This document shows positions 20,456 through 39,205 of a stretch of DNA of 64,000 nucleotides, piece after piece (the stretch's first letter is position 1; every line of letters starts with the position of its first letter). The translations under genes and the position numbers were made by a program. The notes under the pieces were generated by a model that saw only the letters and a program-made list of their open reading frames with translations, searched no databases and was not told where the DNA came from. Origin of the DNA: the human T2T-CHM13v2.0 reference genome, Homo sapiens; the NCBI RefSeq assembly GCF_009914755.1, contig NC_060943.1; one strand, 5' to 3'.

Positions 20456-21075
20456 TATCATTTCTTGGTGGTGAGAACATAAAATTGACTCTGAGTTTCT
20501 CTGGTATACAATGCATTGTTATTAACTATAGTCACTATGCTGTACAATAGATCTCTTGAATTATGCCTCCCATCTAATTGAAATTTTGTATTCTTTGATC
20601 AATATCTCCCTAACACCCACCTCCCGCCCCCAGCCCCTGGTAACCACCATTCTACTCTGCTTCTATGAGATTGGCCATTTTAAATTCCACATATAAGTGA
20701 GACCATGTGGTATCTGTCTTTCTGTACCTGGCTATTTTATGTAACAGAAAGTTCTTCAGTTTCATCTATATGGTTGCAAATGATAGAATTTCCTCTTTTT
20801 TCCATGGCTGAATAAATAGTATTCCATTGTATATTCCTACCACATTTTCTTTATCCATTCATCGGTTTTTAACACAAAACTGATGTTAAAGATTACATAT
20901 TGTTGGTGGAAGGATGAAGGGGAAGGAGGGTTGAGAGGGGAGGAAAGAAAAGAGGGAGATGGCCAGGCGCGGTGCCTCATGCCTGTAATCCCAGCACCTT
21001 GGGAGTCCAAGGCGGGTAGATCACTTGAGGTCAGGAGTTGAGACCAGCCTGGCCAACATGGTGAAAGCCCGTCTA

Positions 21076-21312
<237 letters not shown>

Positions 21313-21421
21313 TCAGGTTCCCTTTACTGTATAGAGTTTTTGTTGAGGTTTGATTCTGCTTGATTTTCTTTTTTTATTTTTGTTTTTTGTTTTTTGTTTG
21401 AGACAGAATCTTGCTCTATAG

Positions 21422-21541
<120 letters not shown>

Positions 21542-21993
21542 TGATTAATTTTTTTGTATTTTTAGTAGAGACGGGGATTCACCATGTTGGCCAGGCTGGT
21601 CTCGAACTCCTGACCTCAAGCAATCTGCCCGCCTCAGCCTTCCAAAGTGCTGGGATTACAGGCGCGGGCCACTTGGTTTTGTTTTCTATGAAGCTTTGCT
21701 CCACTGAAGGAAGCAAAAGTGTTTATAGAGAACATCCAAGTTGACTATGAGCGACTCCGTTAGATCCTTGAGACCCTGACTGTCTCAGGCATGAATGACT
21801 TGGCTTGAGGAGCAACAGAAGCCCACTGAAGATGGCTTGAGGTTAACTGAACACAAAGGAATTTGATGGATTTGATGGAATTTTCACAGAACAGTATAGG
21901 TTTCCGTGGGAAGCTGGGACCAGAATGGCATCTCTGACACCTGGCTCTGTGTGGTTTTTCTCCCTTTTTGTTCCCACTAGTCACAGACCATAC

Positions 21994-23061
21994 ATGGAAC
22001 CAGAAAAGCAAACCGAAATCTCAGAATTCTTCCTCCAGGGACTCTCAGAAAAGCCAGAGCATCAGACCCTCCTCTTCACAATGTTCCTCTCCACATACCT
22101 GGTCACCATCATTGGAAATGCCCTCATTATCCTGGCCATCATCACGGACTCTCACCTCCACACACCCATGTACTTCTTTCTCTTCAACCTCTCACTCGTT
22201 GACACCCTATTATCCTCCACCACCGTCCCCAAGATGCTAGCGAACATCCAGGCTCAGAGCAGAGCCATCCCCTTTGTGGGCTGCCTCACCCAGATGTATG
22301 CCTTCCACCTGTTCGGGACCATGGACAGCTTTCTCCTGGCAGTAATGGCCATCGACCGCTTCGTGGCCATTGTCCACCCGCAGCGTTACTTGGTTCTCAT
22401 GTGCTCCCGTGTCTGTGGGCTGCTGCTGGGAGCATCATGGATGATCACCAACCTCCAGTCTCTCATACACACCTGCCTCATGGCTCAACTGACCTTCTGC
22501 GCCGGCTCTGAAATCTCCCACTTCTTCTGTGACCTCATGCCCCTGCTGAAGCTCTCCGGCTCAGACACGCACACCAACGAGCTGGTGATCTTTGCTTTTG
22601 GCATTGTCGTGGGCACCAGCCCACTCTCCTGCATCCTTCTCTCGTACATCCGCATTTTCTGGACAGTCTTTAAGATCCCTTCTACTCGGGGCAAGTGGAA
22701 AGCCTTCTCCACCTGTGGCTTACACCTCACTGTGGTGTCACTGTCCTCTGGGACCATCTTTGCTGTGTACTTACAGCCCACATCCCCCAGCTCCTCCCAG
22801 AAGGACAAGGCAGCCGCCCTAATGTGTGGGGTGTTCATCCCCATGCTCAACCCCTTTATCTACAGCATACGGAACAAGGACATGAAGGCAGCCCTGGGGA
22901 AGCTCATCGGCAAAGTGGCCGTCCCCTGTCCTAGGCCAGAACAGTTATTGGATGTTTATCATGTTCCAGGATCACTGTTGGCTGCTAGGGACACAGAGAT
23001 GCATCCCATCCCCTACCCTGGAGGAGTTCAGAGTCTAGCTGGGAACAGAGACATGGAATAA
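21994..23061 (+). CDS. OR1I1: Olfactory receptor 1I1, 355 aa, single coding exon
   Basis: Intact 7TM ORF MEPEKQTEISEFF...AGNRDME with OR motifs LHTPMYFFL, MAIDRFVAI, SHFFCD, KAFSTC, PMLNPFIYS; sequence and neighbours match OR1I1. Confidence 0.96.
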   Translation: MEPEKQTEISEFFLQGLSEKPEHQTLLFTMFLSTYLVTIIGNALIILAIITDSHLHTPMYFFLFNLSLVDTLLSSTTVPKMLANIQAQSRAIPFVGCLTQMYAFHLFGTMDSFLLAVMAIDRFVAIVHPQRYLVLMCSRVCGLLLGASWMITNLQSLIHTCLMAQLTFCAGSEISHFFCDLMPLLKLSGSDTHTNELVIFAFGIVVGTSPLSCILLSYIRIFWTVFKIPSTRGKWKAFSTCGLHLTVVSLSSGTIFAVYLQPTSPSSSQKDKAAALMCGVFIPMLNPFIYSIRNKDMKAALGKLIGKVAVPCPRPEQLLDVYHVPGSLLAARDTEMHPIPYPGGVQSLAGNRDME

Positions 23062-23132
23062 ATCCTTCCAGTACAACGTGATAAATGTGTCATAAAGAGA
23101 TGAACAAAGTGTATGAGCACCCAAAGGAAAGG
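22940..23132 (-). mobile_element. LINE-2 fragment overlapping the OR1I1 C-terminus
   Basis: TTATTGGATGTTTATCATGTTCCAGG..CACTG..GCTAGGGACACAGAGATG..CCCTACCCTGGAGGAGTTCAGAGTCTAG..AGACATG..TACAACGTGATAAATG is colinear with the antisense L2 3' consensus as I recall it. Confidence 0.7.
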
Positions 23133-23588
23133 TGTGCATTTTCCCCAGGATTTATCTTCCCCAAAAAGATCAGAATAGCAAGGATCAAACTGGCCTGAAA
23201 TTAGCCCTCCTGGAGGATCAGCCTTTTAGGATTGCTATGTGAATAAGAGTAGTTGAAAACAAGAGACGTAGCTACACTCATTTTAGTATTGACAAAGGCC
23301 AGGTGTGGAAGCTCAAGCCTGTGATCCCAGCATTTTGGGAGGCCAAGGTGGAAGGATCACTTGAGGCCAGGAGTTTGAGACCAGCCTGGGCAACATACAG
23401 AGACCCTATCTCCACACACACACACAAAATCACTTTAGCAAGACATGGTGGTATACGCCTGTAGTCTCAGCTAATCAGGAGGCTGAGGCAGGCAGATCAT
23501 TTGAGCCCAGGAGTTCAAGGTTGCAGTGAGCTATGACTGCACCACTGCACTTCAGCAGTTTGGGAAACTGAGCAAGATCTGTCACTCA

Positions 23589-23592
23589 TAGG

Positions 23593-23636
<44 letters not shown>

Positions 23637-23695
23637 CAGACAGATAGAGAGGATAAGATAAGATAGGTAGATAGGGTGGATAGATAAGATATGTA

Positions 23696-23740
<45 letters not shown>

Positions 23741-23890
23741 CAGATAGATAGATAGATAGATATACAGATAGATACATAGATAGATAGGATAGATAGGTAG
23801 GTAGGTAGGTAGGTCAACCGATCGATAGATCTATCTATTGACAGACAGATAGATGATTGATTGATAGATAGATCATATAAGTAGATAGAT

Positions 23891-23945
<55 letters not shown>

Positions 23946-24075
23946 GAGATAGGTAGGTAGGTCAGTCGATCGATTGATCAATCGATCAACAGATAGATGA
24001 TAGATAGATGGATGGATAGATAGAGATAGAGGAGGTAGGTAGATAGATAGATAGATAGATAGGTAGATACAGACA
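23589..24075. repeat. Compound (GATA)n/(GGTA)n/(GACA)n tetranucleotide microsatellite
   Basis: Several pure GATA runs directly visible after an Alu tail. Confidence 0.97.
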
Positions 24076-24460
24076 GCCCATGTATTAGCCAGTGTTTCCT
24101 AAGTGTTGTGGAAGAACTTTGAAAATATTTGCAAGTGAGATTAGCTCACGTGCTGTTCGCTTAGTCAGCCAGCAAGCCTCAGCCTCCTGGGGGGTCTTGA
24201 GACCTCCACTTGTAACTATGACTGTGGTTGGGGCTTACTTTCTCAATTCCCAACAGGCTTCCTGTCTCCCCACAACCCCCAGTCAAGGGGACTCTGATGC
24301 AGACGGTCCATCAATCATAGTTTGGGAACACAGACCCTAGCCTAGCTCCAAAATCTATGTGTTTCCTGTGACATTCATCGCCTGACTCTGAACCCAGTAT
24401 GATTCTACACGCAGGGTCAGCCACAGCAGATCAGGTGGCCCGGGGCACTTAAAAAGTTAG

Positions 24461-25893
<1,433 letters not shown>

Positions 25894-26432
25894 AGTTAGT
25901 TTAAGAAATGTCAGCAACCTACAAAACCTACAAAGTGTCCCAGTACATCCTCTCAAGTTTACAATTGACCATGTGTTCTGGCCAAGGGACCCTGGGCTAG
26001 AACTGGAGAAAAGGATGAAGGATTTAGATTGCATGGATTCACTTACTGGGTATCAGCATGATGACAATAATGATGATGACAACCGAGATTTATTATCTGA
26101 ACAATGCTAACTCCTTTATATGCACAATCTCAATAAGTGTTAAGCAACACCCCTACAAGGTAGGTGCAGAAGTAATTGTGGTTTTGCCACTGAAAGTAAC
26201 AGCAGGCTGCGCATGGTGGCTCACACCTGTATTCCCAGCACTTTGGGAGGCCGAGGCGGGCAGATCACAAGGTCAGTAGATCGAGACCATCCTGACCAAC
26301 ATGGTGAAACCCCCTCTCTACTAAAAATACGAAAATTAGGCCGGGCACAGTGGCTCATGCCTGTAATCCCAGAACTTTGGGAGGCTGAGGTGGGCGGATC
26401 ATGAGGTCAGGAGATCAAGACCATCCTGGCTA

Positions 26433-26708
<276 letters not shown>

Positions 26709-26997
26709 TCAACCCGGGAGGCGGAGTTTGCGTGAGCCGAGATCGCCCCACTGCACTCCAGCCTGGGTGACAGAGCGAGACTCTGTCTCAAAAAAAAAAA
26801 AAAAAAAAAAAAAGTTTGTAATTTAAAAGTTTGAGCATCACTGGGCTAGATGGGGGTCCTGTAGATAACCGGGACCCAAATAGGCTTTAGGTACAGAGAT
26901 ACAGGAGAACCAGATTTGGGGTGCCGCTCTAGCCACTGTGTCCAGGAGGGAACCTTCCCAACCGCCCTAAAAGCTCTGAAAACTACAGTTAGAGAAG

Positions 26998-27014
26998 TGG
27001 CCACTAGGTGGCAA
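26998..27014 (+). promoter_or_regulatory. CTCF binding motif
   Basis: TGGCCACTAGGTGGCAA matches the CCASYAGRKGGCR core; lies in non-repetitive sequence. Confidence 0.7.
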
Positions 27015-27389
27015 TAATGTCATTTCACAAATTGGATTTAAAACGCTTTTTTTTTTTTTTTTTTTTTTTTTTTTCCCCCGGAAACTTGTATTCTAGCTGT
27101 GAACTGGCCCAGGTCCATGGCCCTTAGGTGTAATCTCCCCCTGGAAGGGCACAACAGGTGCAAAGTTTCCATGATGAGAAGGAGCCTGTGTTGTTTAAAG
27201 AAATCACGGAGACTGGTGTGGCCTGAGCCCAGAGTGACAGGGAAGCTGGGTTTGCAGGGGGCCCGTGGAGGGCACTGGGAGTAACACGGTGTGTGGACCA
27301 CGGGGAGTGGGACCATGACAAGGTTTAAGGAGGATAGGGGGTGGGGCTGTGCTTCAGAACGAACCTGCCAGTTATCCATGCCATAGATC

Positions 27390-28040
27390 TGGAGTCAGCA
27401 AACTTTTTCTGTCAAGGTCCAGGTCGTCAATATTGTCAGCTTTAGGGACCTTACCATCTCCGTTGCAATGACTGAACTCTGCTGCTGTCTGGCGAAAGCA
27501 GCCATAGATGAGACATCAACGAATGGGCTTGGCTGTGTTCCACTAAAACTTTGTTTATAAACACAGAAGCTTCCATTTCATATCATAGTACATGTCATAC
27601 CTTGTAGCCTTTGGGTTTGTTTTCAACCACTTTTAAAATGTTAAAACTACTCTAGGCCAGGTGCATTCACTCATGCCTGTAATCCCAGCACTTTGAGAGG
27701 CCAAGGGAGGAGGATTGCTTGAAGCCAGGAGTTCGAGACTGGAGTGGGCAACATAGTGAGACCTCCCCCATCTCTACAAAAATTTTTTAATTAGCTGGGC
27801 ATGGTGGTGCATGCCTGTAGTCTCAGCTACTCAGGAGGCTGAGGAAGGAGGATCACTTAAGCCCAGGAGGTCAAGGCTGCAGTGAGCTATGATTGCACCA
27901 CCGCACTCCAGCCTGGGGGATAGAGTAAGACCACTGTCTCTAAAAAACTTAAAAAATAAATAAATAAATAAAAATAAATGCAAAACTATTTTTATCTCAA
28001 GGGCTGGATTTAGCCTATGGGCCATAGGTTGCCAATCCTC
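27390..28040. mobile_element. MER58 hAT element split by an Alu
   Basis: GTCAGCAAACTTTTTCTGT...GCAGCCATAGA...GGCTGTGTTCCACTAAAACTTT; ends GGGCCATAGGTTGCCAATCC. Confidence 0.7.
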
Positions 28041-28900
28041 GTATAGATGGATGGGAGTGACAAGAGTTAAGGGGACCAAGAAAGACCAAAAAGTGAGAGG
28101 TGAAGTGGGCTGAAAACCATCAGAAGATAAGGAGCTGGTGCCACAGGACCTTTGCAAATGCTGTTCCCTCTTCCTGACCCCTCCTGAGTAAATTCCTGCT
28201 TGGCATTGAGATTTCAGCACAAACTCCACTTCCTCAAGGAAGCCTCCCCTAACCTCCATCCCTTGCCCAGCTACATCAGTTGCCCTAATGTTACACTCGC
28301 TATCCCCTCTCTCATCATCACTCATCATTAGTGATCTCTTCATCACTGCAGTGGTTTTGTGGGGTCTTTTGTTTTGTTTTGAGACAGAGTCTTGCTCTGT
28401 CTCCCAGTCTGGAGTGCAGTGGGGCGATCCCGGCTCACTGTAACCCCCACCTCCTGGGTTCAAATGGTTCTCCTGCCTCAGCCGCCCGAGTAGTTGGGAT
28501 TACAGGCACGCATCACCATGCCTGGCTAATGTTTTGTATTTTTAGTAGAAACGGGGTTCACCGTGTTTGCCAGGCTGGTCTCGAACTCCTGGCCTCAAGT
28601 GATCCACCTGCCTCAGCCCCCCAAAGTTCTGGGATTACAGGTGTTAGCTGCTGCACCCGGCCTCCTCACTGCAGTGGTTTTATATTAGTTTGTGTAACCC
28701 TTTGATTAATGTCTGTTTCACCCATTTGACTGAGCTGGGAGCTGGGACCTGAAATAGTGTTATCTTGTTTATCTTTGCACCTCTGTGCCCCTATGATTAG
28801 TACGGTAGCCACTCAATGTATGTTTTCTGGCCACGCACCGTGCCTCACGCCTGTAATCCCAGCACTTTGGGAGGTGAAGGCGGGCAATCACCTGAGGTCA

Positions 28901-29155
<255 letters not shown>

Positions 29156-29164
29156 TTATTTTAA

Positions 29165-29500
<336 letters not shown>

Positions 29501-31240
29501 TGAATGAATGAATGAGGCAGTGTGATGGAAAGGTTTTAGGAATACCGGATGGGGCAGCCAAAGTAGGCTGCTGAGTTGGAACAAAGATACCTGCAGTCAA
29601 GGTTAAGTGAGAGATGCACTCCTCCTTTGATACCCCCAACCTTCAGTTATGCCTGTCCCACACTCAGGTGCCTTGTGGGACTGGGACTCTGCTGAAATTA
29701 AGAAGCCAGGGGCCTCATCCCACAGAGCAAAACCAGCAAGATGGCGGGACTCCTTAATTCAGCAACAACAAAAGACAGAAAATAATCTGGAAATTCTCTA
29801 AAATCTTAGCAAGCATGCTGGAAGAGGTTTGAGCCAATCTTATCCAGTAAATTTTTTTTTTTTTTTTTTTTTGAGACAGGGTCTCGCTCTGTCGCCCAGG
29901 CTGGAGTGCAGTGGTGTGATCATGGCTGAATGCAGCCTCGACCTCCTGGGCTCAAGCAATCCTCCCACCTCAGCCTCCTGAGTAGCTAGGGCTATAGGCA
30001 CGCACCACCACACATGGCTAATTTTTTTTACTTTTTTATAGAGACGAGGACTCACTATGTGGCCTATTCCGGTCTTGAACTCCTGGCCTCAAGCCATCCT
30101 CCCACCTTGGCTCCCAAACCGCTGGGATTACAGGTGTAAGCCACTGCACACGGCCCAAGCCTATATTAAGAGTACAAGAACAGACCGGGCACAGTGGCTC
30201 ACGCCTGTAATCCCAGCACTTTGGGAGGCCAAGATGGGTATATTACCTGAGGTCAGGAGTTCGAGACCAGCCTGGCCAACATGGTGAAGCCCCCATCTCT
30301 ACTAAAAATACAAAAACTAGCCAGGCGTGGTGGCATGCACCTGTAGCTCCAGCTACTCAAGGCTAAGGCAGGAGAATCGCTTGAACCTGGGAGGCGGAGG
30401 TTGCAGTGAGCCAAGATTGTGCCACTGCACTCCAGCCTGGGTGACACAGCAAGATTCTGTCTCAAAAAAAAAAAAAAAAAGTACAAGAACACTTCCTTCT
30501 CTCCATGTGAAATTTTATTGGGTGATTCAAAGCAAATCTGGAGATTCGGGAACTGAGGCTCAGAGACGAAAAGTGACCACCCCAAGGCCACATGCCAGAT
30601 CTGGGGCAGAGTGGGGGAATCCAGCCCAGGCTGGTGTGACCTCAAAACCCAGCCTCTCCCTCCCTCATGATGCTGGTAGCCTCCCAGGTGGGTGACTTGC
30701 CCAAGGTCACACTGCAGCTTGGAGCAACTCAAGGCCTGTCCCGGGAGGAGGGAGCAGCCCCTGTGTGGGACTCTGGGGAGTGAAAAGCGGACAAGCCAGC
30801 AGGAGTGGCCACTTTCTGGAAAGTGTAAGAAAGATTCACTAAGATTTGGGCTGAAGTTCGCAGAGATGGATTGGGACAATCCTCCCAACTGTCCATTTGC
30901 CAGGAACTTGGCAGGAAATGGAGGTGGTTTTGTTTGTGTAAACCTTTGTGGCTGGGGATCCCAAAGGCATCCCTCACCTTTAATGATTTGCTAGAAAGAC
31001 TCACAGAACTCAGTAATGTTATTATACTCATGGTTTATTGCAGTAAACAGATACAGATTAAAATCTGCAAAGGGCCAGCCACAGTGGCTTATGCCTATAA
31101 TCCCAACACTTTAAGTGAGAGATGCACTCCTCCTTTGATACCCCCAACCTTCAATTATGCCTGTCCCACACTCAGGTGCCTTGTGGGACTGGGACTCTGC
31201 TGAGGCAGGAGGATCACTTGAAGCCAGAAGTTCGAGATCA

Positions 31241-31504
<264 letters not shown>

Positions 31505-32127
31505 TCACTGCAATTTCTGCCTCCTGGGCTCAAGTGATCCTCCCTCCTTGGCCTCCCAAAGCAACGGGATTACAGGTGTAAGCCACCACACCTGGCCCCC
31601 ATTAAAAAAAAAAAATCTGCAAAGGTAAAAGGCAGATAGAGCAGCATCTAGGAGACACCAGGCATGAGCTTCCAGCTGTTCCCTCCCAGTGGAGTTGTAC
31701 AGACATAGACAATGCTGAATTCTCACAGCCACAATGTGTAACAACAGGTGCAGAGTGTTGCTAACCAAGGAGCTGACCCAAGCCTTGGTGTTCTGGGTTG
31801 TTTTTGTTTGTTTTTTGTTTTTGTTTTTGTTTTTTTGAAACGGGGTCTCTCTCTGTCACACAGGCTGGAGTGCAGTGGTGCGATCTCGGCTCACTGAAAC
31901 CTCTGCCTCCAGGGTTCAAGCAATTCTCTGCCTCAGCCTCCCGAGGAGCTGGGATTATAGGCGCCCACCACCATGCCCCGCTAATTTTTTGTATTTTTAG
32001 TAGAGATGGGGTTTCACCATCTTGGCCAGGCTGGTCTTGAACTCCTGACCTCGTGATCCACCCGCCTCGGCCTCCCAAAGTGCTGGGAGGTGTTCTGGGT
32101 TCTTATTGGAGGTTGGCCACTGTATTA

Positions 32128-34597
<2,470 letters not shown>

Positions 34598-34599
34598 CA

Positions 34600-34820
34600 T
34601 GGGTGTCCAATCTTTTCATTTCCCTGGACCACATTGGAAGAAGAATTGTCTTGGGCCACACATAAAATACACTATCACTAACAGATAGCTGATGAGCTAA
34701 AAATCGCAAAAAAAAATCTCATAGTGTTTTAAGAAAGTTTACGAATTTGTGTTGGGTCACATTCAAAGCCTTCCTGGGCCACATGCAGCCTGTGGGTGGC
34801 GGGTTAAACAAGCTTGATTT
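34600..34820. mobile_element. MER30 DNA transposon
   Basis: GGGTGTCCAATCTTTT...CACATTGGAAGAAGAATTGTCTTGGGCCACACATAAAATAC...ACAAGCTTG. Confidence 0.8.
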
Positions 34821-37505
34821 AGCCCATAACAGCCACATAGTATGGCTGACCATTTGTGTGACTGACCTTAGCTACTCAGCCTCAAGCCCCTCGAGAGGTC
34901 AAACTGACACAGTGAGGCCCAAGGCCTCCACCATAAAACACGTTTTTGGCATAAACTCTCTGGTGTGACCTCCAGGTATACAAAGAGACTCTCATCACAC
35001 AGGATACTCCACCAGCTTGAAGGCAACTCTTCAGGAGCCAGACAAGGGCTAGACTTTACTTTGGAATGTGCAGGAGAGCCCAGAAGCATGGGAGGAAGGA
35101 GGCAGGAGCTAAGCCTGATGTGGGATCTCTGTCAAAGCCCTGCCCACCCAGCCACCTGTCCTCACCTGATCAGCCACCTCTCTGCAGGCTGCTCCTGCTT
35201 CCTCTGGTACACCCAGCCTGTAGAGTCTAGGGGGTCCACACCAGCACACCAGGTCTGGGAGCTGGACATCAGATAAGCTTTGTTTAAGAGACAGGGCCTC
35301 AGCTGGGCACGGTGGCTCACACCTGTAATCCCAGCACTTTGGGAGGCCAAGGAGGGCAGATAACTTAAGGTCAGGAGTTCTACTAAAAAATACAAAATCT
35401 AGCCAGGCATGGTGGTGGGCGCCTGTAATCTCAGCTACTCAGGAGGCTGAGGCAGGAGAATCGCTTGAATCTGGGAGGCGGAGGTTTCAGTGAGCCGAGA
35501 TTGCGCCACTGCACTTCAGCCTGGGCAACAAGAGTGAAAACCCTGTCTCAAGAAAAAAAAAAAAAGAGAGAGAGAGACGGGGAGAGACAGGGTCTCGCTC
35601 TGTTGCCCAGGCTAGAGGCAGTGGTGCAGTCATAGCTCATTGAAGCCTCAAACTCCTGGGCTCAAGTGATCCTCCTGCCTCAGTCTCCAGAATAGCTGAG
35701 ACTACAGGTGTGAACCACCATGTCCAGCTTGGAGAGCTCTTGGCATGGCTGCAGTGGCCAGTTGCTGAGTCTATCCCTGAGGCTGTGCAGGGGCCTAGCC
35801 AGCAGGAAAGCTCCACAGCCTTGCAGCTGATAAACAGAGACCACTCTGGAGGTGGCATGGAGCAACTATGGACCCCTCCTGCACCTCAGTTTCAGCTCTA
35901 TAGCTGTCTGGCCAGATTTTTCCAAGGGTCAATGGGAGGCTCTGGTCAAGCAATGCTGTACCACTGACTGTCACCCAGGTGAGACTGTGCCCTGCCTCAG
36001 GAAGCTGCTTTATGCTAACAGAATTCATAACCATTTCATTATATACAATCATCCCCTCTCCCTCCAGCTCCTGAATGCTACTGTGATGGATATCTCTGGG
36101 CAGCCACCCCTTTGCTGGTTCCTCTGAGGTCTGACTTCCAGCCAGGGAGGCCTAGGCAGGCTGAGGTATTCACCTTCTTCTCCTGGAAGATGCCAGATAG
36201 ACGCAAGCCTCAGGTGTGGAAACAAATGGGAATGACCACAGCGGGTGGAGGAAGCTTGGGTCCTGCTCCCCAAAACCTTCTCTATCTCCCATCCCCCAGG
36301 AACTGAGCACCCCAGGGAGCTGGTAGAATGGAGATGTAGCCCCACAGAACCACGCCCCATGCCCATAGCCTTGAAAACAGCCTAATTTATTATTCCCTTT
36401 GCACATGAAACAGAGGCCTAGACAGAATGTCTGTGCTTGGAGTCCACCAGAAGCCAACCTTGAGACAAGGATTCAAGTATTTAGGAAATAAACAGGAAAT
36501 ACTGTAAGTGGGGTGGATATGTGGGAGAGGGAAGGGAAGGAAGTCAGCAAAGAGTGTATTGATAAGCAGGTTTCTACAGTGGACAGCTGGAGCTCAATCC
36601 CGTGGGTGAACACTAGGGGTCAGTGTAGAACATGAACCTCAATCATCCAACACAAGGGTGAGGGAGCTGGGGTATTTATCCATCAACTCCCCTTGACTAC
36701 CACAGAGGTGCTGAGCTCTGCCCAAAACTGACAGGAAATGGTCTTTTGGTCTTTCAACTAATTGGTCTATATGTGTCTGGGGCTGGTTAATCCACCAGGT
36801 ACCAAAAGCACAGCACATCAGACCTGCAGCCAATGAGAACATTTAGGGGAAAGAAAACACACACGTGGCCAGGTGCAGTGGCTCACACCTGTAATCCCAG
36901 CACTTTGAGAGGCCAAGGAAGAAGGATCGCTTGAGGTCAGGAGTTTGAGACCAGCCTGGGCAACATAGCAAGATCCTGTCTCTACAAAAAAAATTTAAAA
37001 GCTAGCTGGGTATGGCAGTGCATGCCTATAGGCCTAGCCACTCAGGAGGCTGAGGCAAGAGGATTGCTTGAACCCAGAAGTTCAAGTCTGCAGTGAGCTA
37101 TGATCACACCAATGCACACCAGCTTGGGTGACAGAGGGAGATTATGTCTCTAAAAATAATAAGGCCAAGCACGGTGGCTCACACCTGTAATCCCAGCCAC
37201 TTGGGGGGCCAAAGTGGGAAGATCACTTGAGCCCAGAAGTTTGAGAACAGTCTAGGCAACATGATGAGACCCTATCTCCACAAAAAAATAGAAAAATCAG
37301 CCTGTGGCATGGTGGCACATGCCTGTAGTTCCAGTTGCTTGGGAGGCTGAGGCAGGAACATCACTTGAGCCTAGGAGGTTGAGGGTGCAGTGAGTTGTGG
37401 TAGTGCCACTGCACTACAGCCTGAGCAACAGAGCAAGAAAAATAAATAAAATAATAATAATAAAGTAAATAAAAATAACATGAAAATAATTTTTAAAAAA
37501 TTTGA

Positions 37506-37694
<189 letters not shown>

Positions 37695-37754
37695 TAGTCT
37701 TGAACTCCTGACCTCGTGATCCACCCGCCTCAGCCTCCCAAAGTGCTGGGATTA

Positions 37755-38084
<330 letters not shown>

Positions 38085-38567
38085 CTATGTCTCTATAAAA
38101 GAAAAGAAAAGAAAATGTACGCATACAGGCTCTAAAATCTGTACAGCAACTAGCAAAATCCACAGGAATAAGCATACAAACATCATTATGAAACTTAGAA
38201 TTCATAACCATTTCATTACATACAATTTGCAGATAATCTGTTCTCACTTATGGAAATTTCTGATTGCTAAGAAAGAATCAGAGCCAATGGTGAATTAAAT
38301 AGGCTACATGCAGGCAAATAAAGACAACAGGAAAAGTACAAAAACTCAAAAAGATTTACACAAAATAATAATAATAAATATTTATGTGGTATGTGGGTGT
38401 CATATGGGTGGGGCTAAGGGTTGCTCTCACTCCCATGTCAGACCCCAGCTCCTCTGAGACTCTGAAATACCCCATTGGGACCTTAGTCCTGCAGCCTCTA
38501 CCCTCAACTTGTAAACAGGTATTGTCTTGACCCCTGACTTCTTTCCCCATTGTCAATAGCTGCCTCA

Positions 38568-39205
<638 letters not shown>

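Noticed and set aside
21925-21993. In-frame upstream ATG extending OR1I1 to 378 aa
   Set aside because: Lies upstream of the polypyrimidine tract and acceptor at 21955-21986, so it is most likely intronic.
23515-23817. YLSI-repeat ORFs
   Set aside because: Translation of the GATA microsatellite.
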